Source: an uncultured Spirochaetota bacterium
GTDB lineage: Bacteria; Spirochaetota; Spirochaetia; SZUA-6; Fen-1364
NCBI GenBank assembly: GCA_963845535.1
Contig: CAWJSK010000015.1
Span: 160,001-224,000, forward strand
Direction: 5' to 3'
Length of the DNA: 64,000 bases
Both the position numbers and the translations under genes were made by a program. Each line of letters starts with the position of its first letter. Position 1 is the first letter of the stretch. This document shows, piece by piece, positions 29,277-38,162 of this stretch. The notes beneath the pieces are model-generated. The model saw only the letters and a list, made by a program, of their open reading frames with translations, was not told where the DNA came from and made no database searches.

Positions 29277-29925
29277 CATCGACATCCGCCCGGAAAACAG
29301 CCGTGACGGTCAGGTCGCGCGGCTTTCCGAAGCTCCCCTTGTCCACGAGGGGGCGCGCATCGAGAAAAGCCGCATCGGATCATGGACGGAAATCGGCAGG
29401 GACAGCCTCATCGTCGAATCGACCATCGGCGACTATTCGTATGACGATGGCGACGTTTCCATCTACTACGCGGAGATCGGAAAGTTCTGCTCCATCGCAA
29501 ACAGGGTGCGCATCAACCCCGGCAACCATCCCCGGGACCGCGTCACCCAGCACCACATGACCTACCGAAGACGACAGTTCGGCTTGGACGCGTCCGACGA
29601 CGAGGAGTTCTTCGACTGGCGCCGGGCACGCCCCTGCGTCATCGGGCATGACGTGTGGATCGGGCACGCAGCCGTGATCCTCCCCGGGGTGCGCATCGGC
29701 ACCGGCGCGGTGGTCGGCGCGGCAGCGGTGGTGACCAAGGACGTGGAGCCATTCCAGGTCGTCGTGGGAGTGCCGGCGCGGCCCGTGAGGAAACGGTTCC
29801 CCGAGGACGTCATTGCCTGCATCCTTCGAAGCGAATGGTGGAACTGGGACCGGGCGGAGCTGGAGGAGCGCTGGCGGGACCTGTGCTCGGTGGAGGCGTT
29901 TGCGGAGAAGTACTGTGCCCGCTGA
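29266..29925 (+). CDS. Hexapeptide-repeat acetyltransferase of the phn-associated type
   Basis: IGDYSY, IGKFCSIA, RINPGNHP, HHMTYR, FFDWRR, IGHDVWIGH. Confidence 0.9.
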   Translation: MLYDIDIRPENSRDGQVARLSEAPLVHEGARIEKSRIGSWTEIGRDSLIVESTIGDYSYDDGDVSIYYAEIGKFCSIANRVRINPGNHPRDRVTQHHMTYRRRQFGLDASDDEEFFDWRRARPCVIGHDVWIGHAAVILPGVRIGTGAVVGAAAVVTKDVEPFQVVVGVPARPVRKRFPEDVIACILRSEWWNWDRAELEERWRDLCSVEAFAEKYCAR

Positions 29926-30778
29926 AGTTGGCGCCAGCGTCGGCCGGGAAGCAAGCGTCTCCGCGATGCGAAGCGTGGCTATCGATGCGGCAACCGCCGC
30001 GGGCGAGCTGATCCGAGGCGGCTACCGTACCGCGCTGCAGGTGGACTCCGTGGAGGCGCATGACCTGAAGCTGCGCCTCGACCGCGCGTGCGAGGAGAGC
30101 ATCGTTGCGATCATTCGCAGCCGCTTTCCGGCCCACGGCATTTTGTCCGAGGAAATGGGGTACGCGCCAGGGGCTGATCCGTACCTCTGGATCGTGGATC
30201 CGCTGGACGGGACGGTAAACTTCTTTCACGGCATCCCGTTCTTCTGCACCTGCGTGTCCTGCCACGGGATACACGGACTGCCCGAGGGGAACGGATCAGT
30301 CAGCCATCCCCGGCTCCCTGACGGGCGGATCATCGGCGCCGCGGCAGCCGCGGTCATTTATGTCCCCTTGGGTAAGGAGCTTTTCGTCGCGACGCCGCGC
30401 GGCGGTGCATTCATGAACGGGACGAAGCTCCTCGTGACGCCTCTTTCCAGTCTTTCCGAGGCCATCGTTTCACTCTCCTTCAGCGCTCGGGACGGGAGCG
30501 CCGCGTACATGAGCAGGCTGCTGCCCTCCATGATCGAGCGCGCCCAGAAAGTGCGAAGCCTGGGCAGCACGGCGCTGGACATCGTGAACGTCGCGGCGGG
30601 CAGGACCGGAGCTTTTGTCCAGAGGGGGACGAACCTCTGGGATTTCGCCGCCGCCGCCGCCATCTTGAGCGAAGCAGGGGGCATCGTGGACGCGGAGGAG
30701 ATTGCTCCGGGGCGCTGGAAAATAGTCGCGGCCAACCCCGGCGTGTTCTCCGAGGTCCGCGCGCTGGCCGCGGGATGA
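29915..30778 (+). CDS. Inositol monophosphatase family phosphatase
   Basis: ILSEE, WIVDPLDGTVNF, RSLGSTALD, WDFAAA...EAGG. GTG start overlaps the upstream stop. Confidence 0.88.
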   Translation: MPAEVGASVGREASVSAMRSVAIDAATAAGELIRGGYRTALQVDSVEAHDLKLRLDRACEESIVAIIRSRFPAHGILSEEMGYAPGADPYLWIVDPLDGTVNFFHGIPFFCTCVSCHGIHGLPEGNGSVSHPRLPDGRIIGAAAAAVIYVPLGKELFVATPRGGAFMNGTKLLVTPLSSLSEAIVSLSFSARDGSAAYMSRLLPSMIERAQKVRSLGSTALDIVNVAAGRTGAFVQRGTNLWDFAAAAAILSEAGGIVDAEEIAPGRWKIVAANPGVFSEVRALAAG

Positions 30779-31347
30779 GTGATTCCATCAGGTTCATCGT
30801 TATTACTGTCCTTCCGGAGGAGAGAGCGCGCGAGCTCGACGCGGCGCGACGCCGCGTCTGCGGGATTGGAGGCTCGCGAGCTGCCCTTGCCTATCCGCCG
30901 CACGTCACGCTGCGAACGGGGGCGCTCGTGCCGCGGGAGTCCGTCGACACCTTCCTGAAGGAGTTTGGGGAGACCGTTGGGGCCTGGGGGCCGTTCCCCA
31001 TGACAACCGAAGGGCTCTTCGTCACGAGCTATCAGGACGAGGAGAGGCTGAAACACCTTGTTGGCTACAAAGTCCGAAAGGACCCCGCGCTCGCGAGCCT
31101 GAACGAGCGGTTGCTGCGCTACGAGAAATGGCGCTCGAGCAACAGGCTCACCTTCGTGCCTCACCTTACGCTGGCTTTCGATGACCTGACAGAAGCGGGC
31201 ATGCACAGGGTTCGGCTCTGGCTCGACGAAAACCCGAACGGGCTCCCCGCCCGGTTCCAGTGGTTCTGCGACAACGTGGGCCTCTACTGGCGCCAGGGCG
31301 ACTCCTGGACCCTCCACACGGAGTGGAGGGCGGGGACCTCGGCGTAG
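30775..31347 (+). CDS. 2H phosphoesterase (2'-5' RNA ligase / cyclic phosphodiesterase superfamily)
   Basis: Two HxT motifs, PPHVTL and VPHLTLA; ATGA-coupled to the IMPase gene. Confidence 0.85.
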   Translation: MSDSIRFIVITVLPEERARELDAARRRVCGIGGSRAALAYPPHVTLRTGALVPRESVDTFLKEFGETVGAWGPFPMTTEGLFVTSYQDEERLKHLVGYKVRKDPALASLNERLLRYEKWRSSNRLTFVPHLTLAFDDLTEAGMHRVRLWLDENPNGLPARFQWFCDNVGLYWRQGDSWTLHTEWRAGTSA

Positions 31348-31380
31348 TCCAATGCGTCCCCGCCGTACGGATTCGCGATA

Positions 31381-31409
31381 GCTTAACAAACGCTTAATCC
31401 CGGCAAAAC
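31381..31409 (+). promoter_or_regulatory. Pho-box-like array upstream of phnD
   Basis: GCTTAAC, GCTTAAT and GCAAAAC at 31381, 31392 and 31403 (11-bp period). Confidence 0.55.
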
Positions 31410-31497
31410 AAATCAGGACCAGAATGGACGCCGTGAGACTTGGAAATCGCGGTGACGCGGATTTCGCGTCTGCCGCCTGATCGAAAGGAGCATTTGC

Positions 31498-32523
31498 ATG
31501 AAGAGAGTACCGTTGCTTTTTGTGGGCGTGGTTCTGGTGTCCTTGTCCCTGTTGGCAGGATGCGCGCCGGCGGGCAAGCCGATAACGATCGCCTGGCTTC
31601 CCAACAACTCCGGCGACAATGAAAAGGCATTCCGCGCCGAGTTCGAGAAGGTGATCGCGGACGCCACCGGAAGGAAGATTGAAGAGAAGCTGACGACGGA
31701 CTACAACATCGCCATCGCCGCCCTGGATTCGGGGGACGCGCAGCTGGGATGGTTCGGGCCCTTCGAGTACATGACCGGCCACGCAAAGAATCCTCACGTC
31801 CTTCCCCTCGTCGTGGAGAGCGGAGATTCAGGAACCCTTCAGGATTCCCTTTACCACAGCCGGCTCCTCGTGAAGAAGGGCAACGAAGCCCAGTACAAGA
31901 CCGGGAATGCGTTCTCCATCGACAAGATCGTCGGGAAGAAGATATCCTTCGTTTCCACCAGCTCGACCTCGGGGTTCAATATGCCATCCGCGGCCATCAT
32001 GGCCTCTTTCCATACGCAGGACAAATGGAAGAACCTGACCAGGGATGACCTCATGCAGGGCGGCCCCGGGAAGTTCTTCTCCCAGGTCATGTTCTCCGGC
32101 TCCCATCAGCTCTCCCTGGCCAACCTTCTCCTGGGCAAGGTCGACATCTCCGCGGTTGATGACATTGACGTGGCGAGCTACCTGGACCTGACCTCCGGCA
32201 CGGAAAACCAGGAGGGCGCTGTCTACACGATCAAGAAGGGCGCAGAGGCCCCTTTTGACACGCTGGGCGGCGCGCAGTTCGTCATCATCAAGACGATCCC
32301 CGTTCAGAACACGCCGTTCGAGGTTAACGACTCCTTCCTGGACAAGGCCACCCTGGACAAGATCACGCAGGCCCTTGTCTCAGACAAGGTCACCAATGAC
32401 CCCATGGTGTTCCAGCCCAAGGGCGGTTCCGGCGCCGCGTTGTTCAGCCAGCCTCATCGCTTTGTGAAAGTTGATGACTCCTGGTACGACCCGATGCGCA
32501 AGGTGCTCGGCCTTCAGGAGTAG
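31498..32523 (+). CDS. phnD: Phosphonate ABC transporter substrate-binding lipoprotein
   Basis: Lipobox LLAGC; TTDY, GPF.Y, STSSTSGF..P, GSHQ, DDSWYDPMR. Confidence 0.88.
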   Translation: MKRVPLLFVGVVLVSLSLLAGCAPAGKPITIAWLPNNSGDNEKAFRAEFEKVIADATGRKIEEKLTTDYNIAIAALDSGDAQLGWFGPFEYMTGHAKNPHVLPLVVESGDSGTLQDSLYHSRLLVKKGNEAQYKTGNAFSIDKIVGKKISFVSTSSTSGFNMPSAAIMASFHTQDKWKNLTRDDLMQGGPGKFFSQVMFSGSHQLSLANLLLGKVDISAVDDIDVASYLDLTSGTENQEGAVYTIKKGAEAPFDTLGGAQFVIIKTIPVQNTPFEVNDSFLDKATLDKITQALVSDKVTNDPMVFQPKGGSGAALFSQPHRFVKVDDSWYDPMRKVLGLQE

Positions 32524-32531
32524 TTCTTTCC

Positions 32532-32563
32532 GCATGGGGCGTCGGCCTTTCGACGTCCCATGC
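32532..32563 (+). terminator. Stem-loop between phnD and phnC
   Basis: GCATGGGGCGTCG/CGACGTCCCATGC 13-bp stem with one G-U pair. Confidence 0.5.
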
Positions 32564-32588
32564 CATGTTTTCCGAAGGGAGGTCCCTC

Positions 32589-33362
32589 ATGGCGCTTCTG
32601 GAGCTCAGGAACGTCTCCAAGTGTTACAACGCCTCGACGCAAGCGCTGACTGACGTGAGCTTTTCCGTGGACGAAGGCGAGTTCGTTTCCATCATCGGTT
32701 CGTCAGGGTCCGGGAAAACGACGCTGTTGCGTTGTATCAATCGGATGATCGAGCCAACGGGGGGAGAGATATCCTTCGCCGGGGTCAGCGTCTCCCGGCT
32801 GCGCCGGCGCGAGCTGCGCCGCCTCAGGACCCGCATCGGCATGATCTTCCAGCATCACAACCTCGTGGAGCGCCTGAGCGTGATCGAGAACGTGCTCCAT
32901 GGGAGGCTGGGCTACAAGTCCACGATCTCCGGCATGCTGGGACATTATACGCATGAGGAGAAGCAGAGGGCTTTCGAGATCATCGGGATCCTCGGCCTGG
33001 ATGAGCAGGTGTACCAGCGCTGCGACCAGCTGAGCGGAGGGCAGAAACAGCGGGTCGGGATTGCCAGGGCCCTGGTTCAGAATCCGAAAATGATCCTCTG
33101 CGATGAGCCCATTGCGTCTCTGGATCCGGGGACCTCACGGATCATCATGGATTACCTCAGCGACATCTGCAAACAGATGGGCATCACCCTGGTCATCAGC
33201 CTGCATCAGGTGGACGTGGCGCTGCGGTATTCCCACCGGGTGATCGGCTTCAACAAGGGCGCCATCCTTTACAACGGATCACCAGCCGGGCTCACGCGGC
33301 AGCGGATTGCCGAGATCTACGGGTCCGAGCCGGCGGAGATGGCCGCCAGACAGGCGGGGTAG
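32589..33362 (+). CDS. phnC: Phosphonate ABC transporter ATPase
   Basis: GSSGSGKTTLLRCIN, NVLHGRLG, LSGGQKQRVGIARAL, DEPIASLDP, LHQV. Confidence 0.93.
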   Translation: MALLELRNVSKCYNASTQALTDVSFSVDEGEFVSIIGSSGSGKTTLLRCINRMIEPTGGEISFAGVSVSRLRRRELRRLRTRIGMIFQHHNLVERLSVIENVLHGRLGYKSTISGMLGHYTHEEKQRAFEIIGILGLDEQVYQRCDQLSGGQKQRVGIARALVQNPKMILCDEPIASLDPGTSRIIMDYLSDICKQMGITLVISLHQVDVALRYSHRVIGFNKGAILYNGSPAGLTRQRIAEIYGSEPAEMAARQAG

Positions 33363-33373
33363 ACCCGTCCCCC

Positions 33374-34159
33374 ATGCAGGTCGACATATTCATCAAACGC
33401 AGGGACAACGCCCTGCTCCTGTTCGGCCTGCTTGCCGCCGTGACCATCGGCTCGGTCGTGCTGACCCGGTACGACCTGCTCAAGGGGTTCACGAGCTTTG
33501 TCAAGGCGTTCACCTGGGGAGTCTCCAGTTTCTACCCGGATGGGAGATCGTTCAAGAGACTTCCGGACATCCTCGACAAGTTGTGGGACACGGTGCTGAT
33601 CTCGATCGCCTCCACCATGGTTGCCGCCGTCTTTGCCCTCCTCCTGGCGCTCGCCGGGTCACGGACAACGCGCGTCCATGTCTTCTTCACCGTCCTTGCC
33701 AGGGGGATCGGGTCGTTCTTCCGCAACATGCCCCTGGTTGCGTGGGCCATGGTTTTGATGCTGGCTTTCAGCCAGAGCGCTTTGACAGGCTTTCTGGCGC
33801 TGTTCTTCGGCTCCGTGGGCTTCCTGACCCGCGCTTTCATGGAAACGATCGATGAGGTGGGGCAGGGGGTCGTGGATGCCCTGAAAGCCACGGGCGCGGC
33901 CCGGCCCCATATCACGACCCAGGCCGTCCTGCCCTCCAGCATGCCCCAGATGGTGAGCTGGCTGCTGTTCATGATCGAGACGAACATCCGTGATGCAACG
34001 CTCGTGGGGTTCCTCACCGGCACGGGAATCGGGTTCATGTTCGACGTCTACTACAAATCCTTCAACTACCACGCGGCAAGCCTCATCGTGATTGTCACCG
34101 TGATAACCGTCGTTGCCATGGAAGCAATATCGAACGGCGTGCGAAGGGTGATCCTGTAG
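33374..34159 (+). CDS. phnE: Phosphonate ABC permease
   Basis: DALKATGA, ETNIRDATLVGFLTGTGIG. Confidence 0.9.
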   Translation: MQVDIFIKRRDNALLLFGLLAAVTIGSVVLTRYDLLKGFTSFVKAFTWGVSSFYPDGRSFKRLPDILDKLWDTVLISIASTMVAAVFALLLALAGSRTTRVHVFFTVLARGIGSFFRNMPLVAWAMVLMLAFSQSALTGFLALFFGSVGFLTRAFMETIDEVGQGVVDALKATGAARPHITTQAVLPSSMPQMVSWLLFMIETNIRDATLVGFLTGTGIGFMFDVYYKSFNYHAASLIVIVTVITVVAMEAISNGVRRVIL

Positions 34160-35007
34160 TGGATTTCGAAGGACCGCTCAAATCATTACAGAGGCCTCTG
34201 GCCGCCCGGGGAACAGCTCCAAGGCCCGACCCGCGCGCCAAGAGGGTCATGTGGATCACGCTGGGTGTGCTGGCAGCCGTGACGATCTATGGCCTGGTGA
34301 CTCTGAGCAGCGGCGGCGTCAACGTCCTGCAAGCCACCGGTGATACGCTGCGAAACTTCAGGACGATCTTCTTCCACCCGCACGCGCACCGGCTCACCGT
34401 TGGGGACGCGTTCATCGAAATCGTCATGACTCTTGGCCTTGCCGTTCTCAGCACTATTCTCGGGGCGTTCGTGGCCCTTGTCCTCGGACTTCTCGGCGCA
34501 CAGAACCTCGCGCCCAAGGGGGTCACGAACCTCGTCAAAGGCATCGTCGCCTTCGTTCGCGCGGTCCCGACCATTCTCTGGGTCCTCATCTTTGCCGTCG
34601 CCGCCGGACTGGGCAGCACCGCGGCGGTCATTGGCCTGTCCTTCCATACGGTGGGGTACCTGACGAAGGCCTACTCCGAGTGCTTTGAAGACCTGGACCG
34701 GGGCGTCATCGAGGCCCTGAAAGCCACGGGCGCCGGGTGGTGGCAGATCGTCTTCCAGGCAGTCATACCCTCCTCCGCAACATATCTGCTGTCCTGGACT
34801 TTCCTGCGGTTCGAGATAAACTTCGCCAACGCCGTTGCCATGGGGGCCGCGGCTGGGGCGGCCGGAATCGGCTTCGACCTTTTCATGGCCAGCGGGTTCT
34901 ATTTCGATCTTCGCGAGGTGGGCTTGATCACGTATTTCATTCTTGCAACCGCAGTCGTTCTGGAAGTGTTGGCCACGCGGATGAAGACAAAGCTCAAGGA
35001 GAGGTGA
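34159..35007 (+). CDS. phnE: Phosphonate ABC permease (second)
   Basis: RAVPTILW, KAYSE, EALKATGA, LRFEIN...GIG. Confidence 0.9.
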   Translation: MDFEGPLKSLQRPLAARGTAPRPDPRAKRVMWITLGVLAAVTIYGLVTLSSGGVNVLQATGDTLRNFRTIFFHPHAHRLTVGDAFIEIVMTLGLAVLSTILGAFVALVLGLLGAQNLAPKGVTNLVKGIVAFVRAVPTILWVLIFAVAAGLGSTAAVIGLSFHTVGYLTKAYSECFEDLDRGVIEALKATGAGWWQIVFQAVIPSSATYLLSWTFLRFEINFANAVAMGAAAGAAGIGFDLFMASGFYFDLREVGLITYFILATAVVLEVLATRMKTKLKER

Positions 35008-35037
35008 GGATGCGGAAAGCGTGATCCTCGGACACAA

Positions 35038-35336
35038 ATGACGACGCTGCCCGAGCTTGACATAAGGGCCGGTGACGCCGAGCTGGCCATCCAGATCATG
35101 CGGGAAGAAATCTTTCGACACGAATGGTGGGGTACGCAGTGAGCGAAAGCAAGAAGAAGCTGATCGAGTACGTGCGGCTGGACACGGATTTCGCCAATCC
35201 CCGGCTCTGCTCCTTGTATGAAGGCATGGGGTTTGTCAAAGCCGGCCGCAAGCATGGCAATGGAAGAGATTACGCGCTGTACGAGCTCCCGGTGACCGGT
35301 TTCAAGCCGAGCTGGCCAGGCATGAGGGTGATGTAG
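35038..35336 (+). pseudogene. GNAT acetyltransferase remnant with internal deletion
   Basis: Short N-terminal piece MTTLPELDIRAGDAELAIQIMRE, then in another frame a GNAT C-terminus (VRLDT...NPRLCSLYEGMGF); the acetyl-CoA motif A region is missing. Confidence 0.55.
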
Positions 35337-35340
35337 GCGC

Positions 35341-35790
35341 ATGGACGTTGGCATCCGCAAGGCCGCTGAAAACGACCTTGAGCAGATCCTGGCGATCTAC
35401 CGAGACGCGGGAATCGAGACGCACGGGCGACAGTCCCTGGAGAGCGCCCGGGGGGCGTTCCGGAGAATGGCCTCCTACCCCAGCTACTCGGTGTATGTTG
35501 CGGAGGTGGACGGCAGCGTCGAGGGGACATTTGCCCTTCTCATCATGGACAACCTTGCCAATGGCGGACTCCCCTCCGGCATAGTGGAGGACGTGGCTGT
35601 GCTGCCCTCCTCGCAGGGAAAAGGGATCGGGAAGGCGATGATGCAAAGCGCCATTGGCATTTGCAGGGATTTCAAATGCTACAAGATGGCGCTATCCAGC
35701 AATACGGCGAGGTCCGGCGCGCACAGGTTCTACGAGTCTCTCGGTTTTGTCCGGCATGGGTTCAGCTACCGGGTCGATATCTCCCCGTGA
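35341..35790 (+). CDS. GNAT N-acetyltransferase (PhnO-like position and motifs)
   Basis: IVEDVAV...QGKGIGKAM, LSSN..R.GAHRFYESLGF. Confidence 0.85.
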   Translation: MDVGIRKAAENDLEQILAIYRDAGIETHGRQSLESARGAFRRMASYPSYSVYVAEVDGSVEGTFALLIMDNLANGGLPSGIVEDVAVLPSSQGKGIGKAMMQSAIGICRDFKCYKMALSSNTARSGAHRFYESLGFVRHGFSYRVDISP

Positions 35791-36026
35791 GACTCTGTTC
35801 CATCGGTTGTTCCTGGAACGTTCCATTCCTCCCTGTTGGAATGGGTTTCGTGGAACACCGCTCGCCGCAATTGCCCGATTCCTACCCTTTCACGCTGATT
35901 TTGTCTCCACTTGTCAGCTCCCGAGGGCCCTTTTCCGGATTGGCATGCGGTTTGCATTTCAAAACATGACTATTCTCAGCTCTATTCTCGGCCGGCCTTT
36001 TTGCCGGCATCCCATGGGAGGAAACA

Positions 36027-36392
36027 ATGATGACAGGACTGGATAAGGAACATCTGGTGAAGTATCGAAAGAGTATCCAGTCGCTCGTTCCCCACTACGT
36101 CCCGGCAGGGAAGTCCCTTGACGGGCTTCTGGAGGAGCTGGCTGAAAAGTGGAACCCGCTCTTTGATCCCGAGCAGCGGCAGAATCTCGTCGAAGACGTG
36201 AACGCGCTCGTTCGGGACTTCGTTCGACCCCTTCGGCGCAGCTTCCTTCTCACGCCGCCTGATTCGGGCAGAATCCATGGCCTGGCGGAGCAGCTTTCGG
36301 GAAGCAAGAACCTCGGGAAGATCGTGAAGAGAGACAAGCTGATCCATTATCTCGAGCTTTACGTGATCAAATGCCTGGACATGGTGGTGTAG
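36027..36392 (+). CDS. Hypothetical protein
   Basis: GGAGG RBS; EKWNPLFDP..RQNLVEDVNALVRD resembles, from memory, a spirochaete conserved domain. Confidence 0.7.
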   Translation: MMTGLDKEHLVKYRKSIQSLVPHYVPAGKSLDGLLEELAEKWNPLFDPEQRQNLVEDVNALVRDFVRPLRRSFLLTPPDSGRIHGLAEQLSGSKNLGKIVKRDKLIHYLELYVIKCLDMVV

Positions 36393-36506
36393 CCTTGTAG
36401 AGATCGAGCGCGTTCGTTTCGAGAGGGCGTTTCGAGAGGGCTCGGACCATTCGATGTGGTATGCTATTCTCTTGCAAAAGCCCTTTGCCAAGGAGATGCG
36501 TGAAAA

Positions 36507-37436
36507 ATGAGATTCCGGCTTCTTCTCGTCCTCTCTGGCCTCATCACGGCAATCAGTGCCAATGCCGAATTGAAAGTCGGGCTCATGCCCGCGTACAACT
36601 CAATCCCGCTCATCGTGGCGGAGAAGGGGGGATTCTTCGCCGCCGAGCGCGTGCAGGTGGAGCTCGTCCCGTTCTCGAGCCAGCTCAACAGGGAAACCGC
36701 TCTGCAGACCGGCGCCATCGACGGGACCATCTCCGACATGATCAACGCGGTGCAGGCCTGGTCCAAGGGGTTCGGCGCGCGGGTGACCTCGGTCAGTGAA
36801 GGGAGCTTCAGCCTGCTTTCCGCCCCCGGGTCGGCGCTCGTGAGCATGGCGGACCTGCGCCGTCCCGGAGGCCCGGTGAAAACAGGGCTTCTGGAAGACA
36901 GTATTGTCTATTACGTCACGGAGCGCATGCTCGAATCCGCTGGGGCGGACCCCAAACGGATCGAGCTGGTGCCGATTGTAGCGCTTCCCGCCCGGCTCCA
37001 GATGCTCCTTGCGGGGAAGATCGAGGCGGCATGCCTGCCCGAGCCGCTCGCCACCATGGCGGCAGCCCGGGGAGCGCACAGGCTTTCGACCACGGAGGAC
37101 ATGGCGGCCACGCCCGGTGTCATCCTTTTTACAAAGAGGGCGCTTGCGGAAAAGTCCGGTGAGATCTCGGCATTTTATCGCGCATACGACAAGGCTGTCC
37201 AGGAAATTGACTCCAACGGTGAAAAGTACAGGGCTGACATCGTGGCCGGATGCGAGTTTCCTCCCGCGGTGAAGGACCTCATGAGCATCCCGAGGTTCCG
37301 CCGTTCCTTTGCGCCGGCTCCTGCGCAGGTAGCGGACGTTGCCCGGTGGATGAAGGAGAAAGGGCTCGTGCAGGCCGTGCCTCGCTACGAGGAGATCGTT
37401 GCACCGGGTTTCGCCTCGGATGCTGGAGATCACTAG
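36507..37436 (+). CDS. NitT/TauT-family ABC substrate-binding protein
   Basis: Signal peptide; LKVGLMP, VELVPFSS, GAIDG, LPEP. Confidence 0.85.
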   Translation: MRFRLLLVLSGLITAISANAELKVGLMPAYNSIPLIVAEKGGFFAAERVQVELVPFSSQLNRETALQTGAIDGTISDMINAVQAWSKGFGARVTSVSEGSFSLLSAPGSALVSMADLRRPGGPVKTGLLEDSIVYYVTERMLESAGADPKRIELVPIVALPARLQMLLAGKIEAACLPEPLATMAAARGAHRLSTTEDMAATPGVILFTKRALAEKSGEISAFYRAYDKAVQEIDSNGEKYRADIVAGCEFPPAVKDLMSIPRFRRSFAPAPAQVADVARWMKEKGLVQAVPRYEEIVAPGFASDAGDH

Positions 37437-38160
37437 CTGTTCCGCGGGGTATGACCGGAGGCCCGTGCTGCGGGAGATCTCCCTGTCGGTTTCCCCGGGG
37501 AAGACCGGCTGCATCATCGGGCCAAGCGGCTGCGGAAAAACGACCCTGCTGATGCTGGCCGCTGGGCTCAAGCGCGCCGACGCCGGGTCCGTGCTTCTCG
37601 ACGGACGGCCCGTCACTGCGGGGGACATTCGCGTGAGCCTGATCCTGCAGCAGTACGGCCTTTTCCCATGGTTCACCGTTGCGGAGAACATTGCCGTGGG
37701 GCTTCGCGTGCGGCACGTGAAGGAAAGCGTCCTCCGCGCGGCGGTCTCCCGTCAGCTTTCCCGGCTCGGCCTGGAAGAATGCGCAGGCCGCTACCCCAAC
37801 GAGCTGAGCGGCGGTCAGCAGCAGCGGGTGGCCATTGCCCGAAGCATGGCCCTCACCCCGCGCCTCCTGCTTCTGGATGAGCCGTTTTCCGCTCTGGACG
37901 CCATGACCCGGGAGTCGCTCCAGGAGATCCTGCTGGAAACCCTCGGAGAGAACAGCCTCGTGGCGCTCCTCGTCACTCACAGCATTGAGGAGGCGGTTTA
38001 CCTGGGCGGGACGATATGGCTGCTCGCCGGCAGCCCAGCGCGGATCGAGGCGAGCTTCGACAATCCGGGGCAGGGAACGCCCGAGTTCAGGACGGACGCA
38101 TCTTTCTTCCGTCTGTGCTCGCGGATCAGGCAGCGTATGGAACGCTGCAGGGTGGTCTGA
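37420..38160 (+). CDS. NitT/TauT-family ABC ATPase
   Basis: GPSGCGKTT, LFPWFTV, LSGGQQQR, DEPFSALD, VTHSIEEA. Confidence 0.92.
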   Translation: MLEITSCSAGYDRRPVLREISLSVSPGKTGCIIGPSGCGKTTLLMLAAGLKRADAGSVLLDGRPVTAGDIRVSLILQQYGLFPWFTVAENIAVGLRVRHVKESVLRAAVSRQLSRLGLEECAGRYPNELSGGQQQRVAIARSMALTPRLLLLDEPFSALDAMTRESLQEILLETLGENSLVALLVTHSIEEAVYLGGTIWLLAGSPARIEASFDNPGQGTPEFRTDASFFRLCSRIRQRMERCRVV

Positions 38161-38162
38161 GG

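Noticed and set aside
35791..36026. Possible ncRNA or small ORFs in this intergenic region
   Set aside because: No convincing structure, RBS or family motif.
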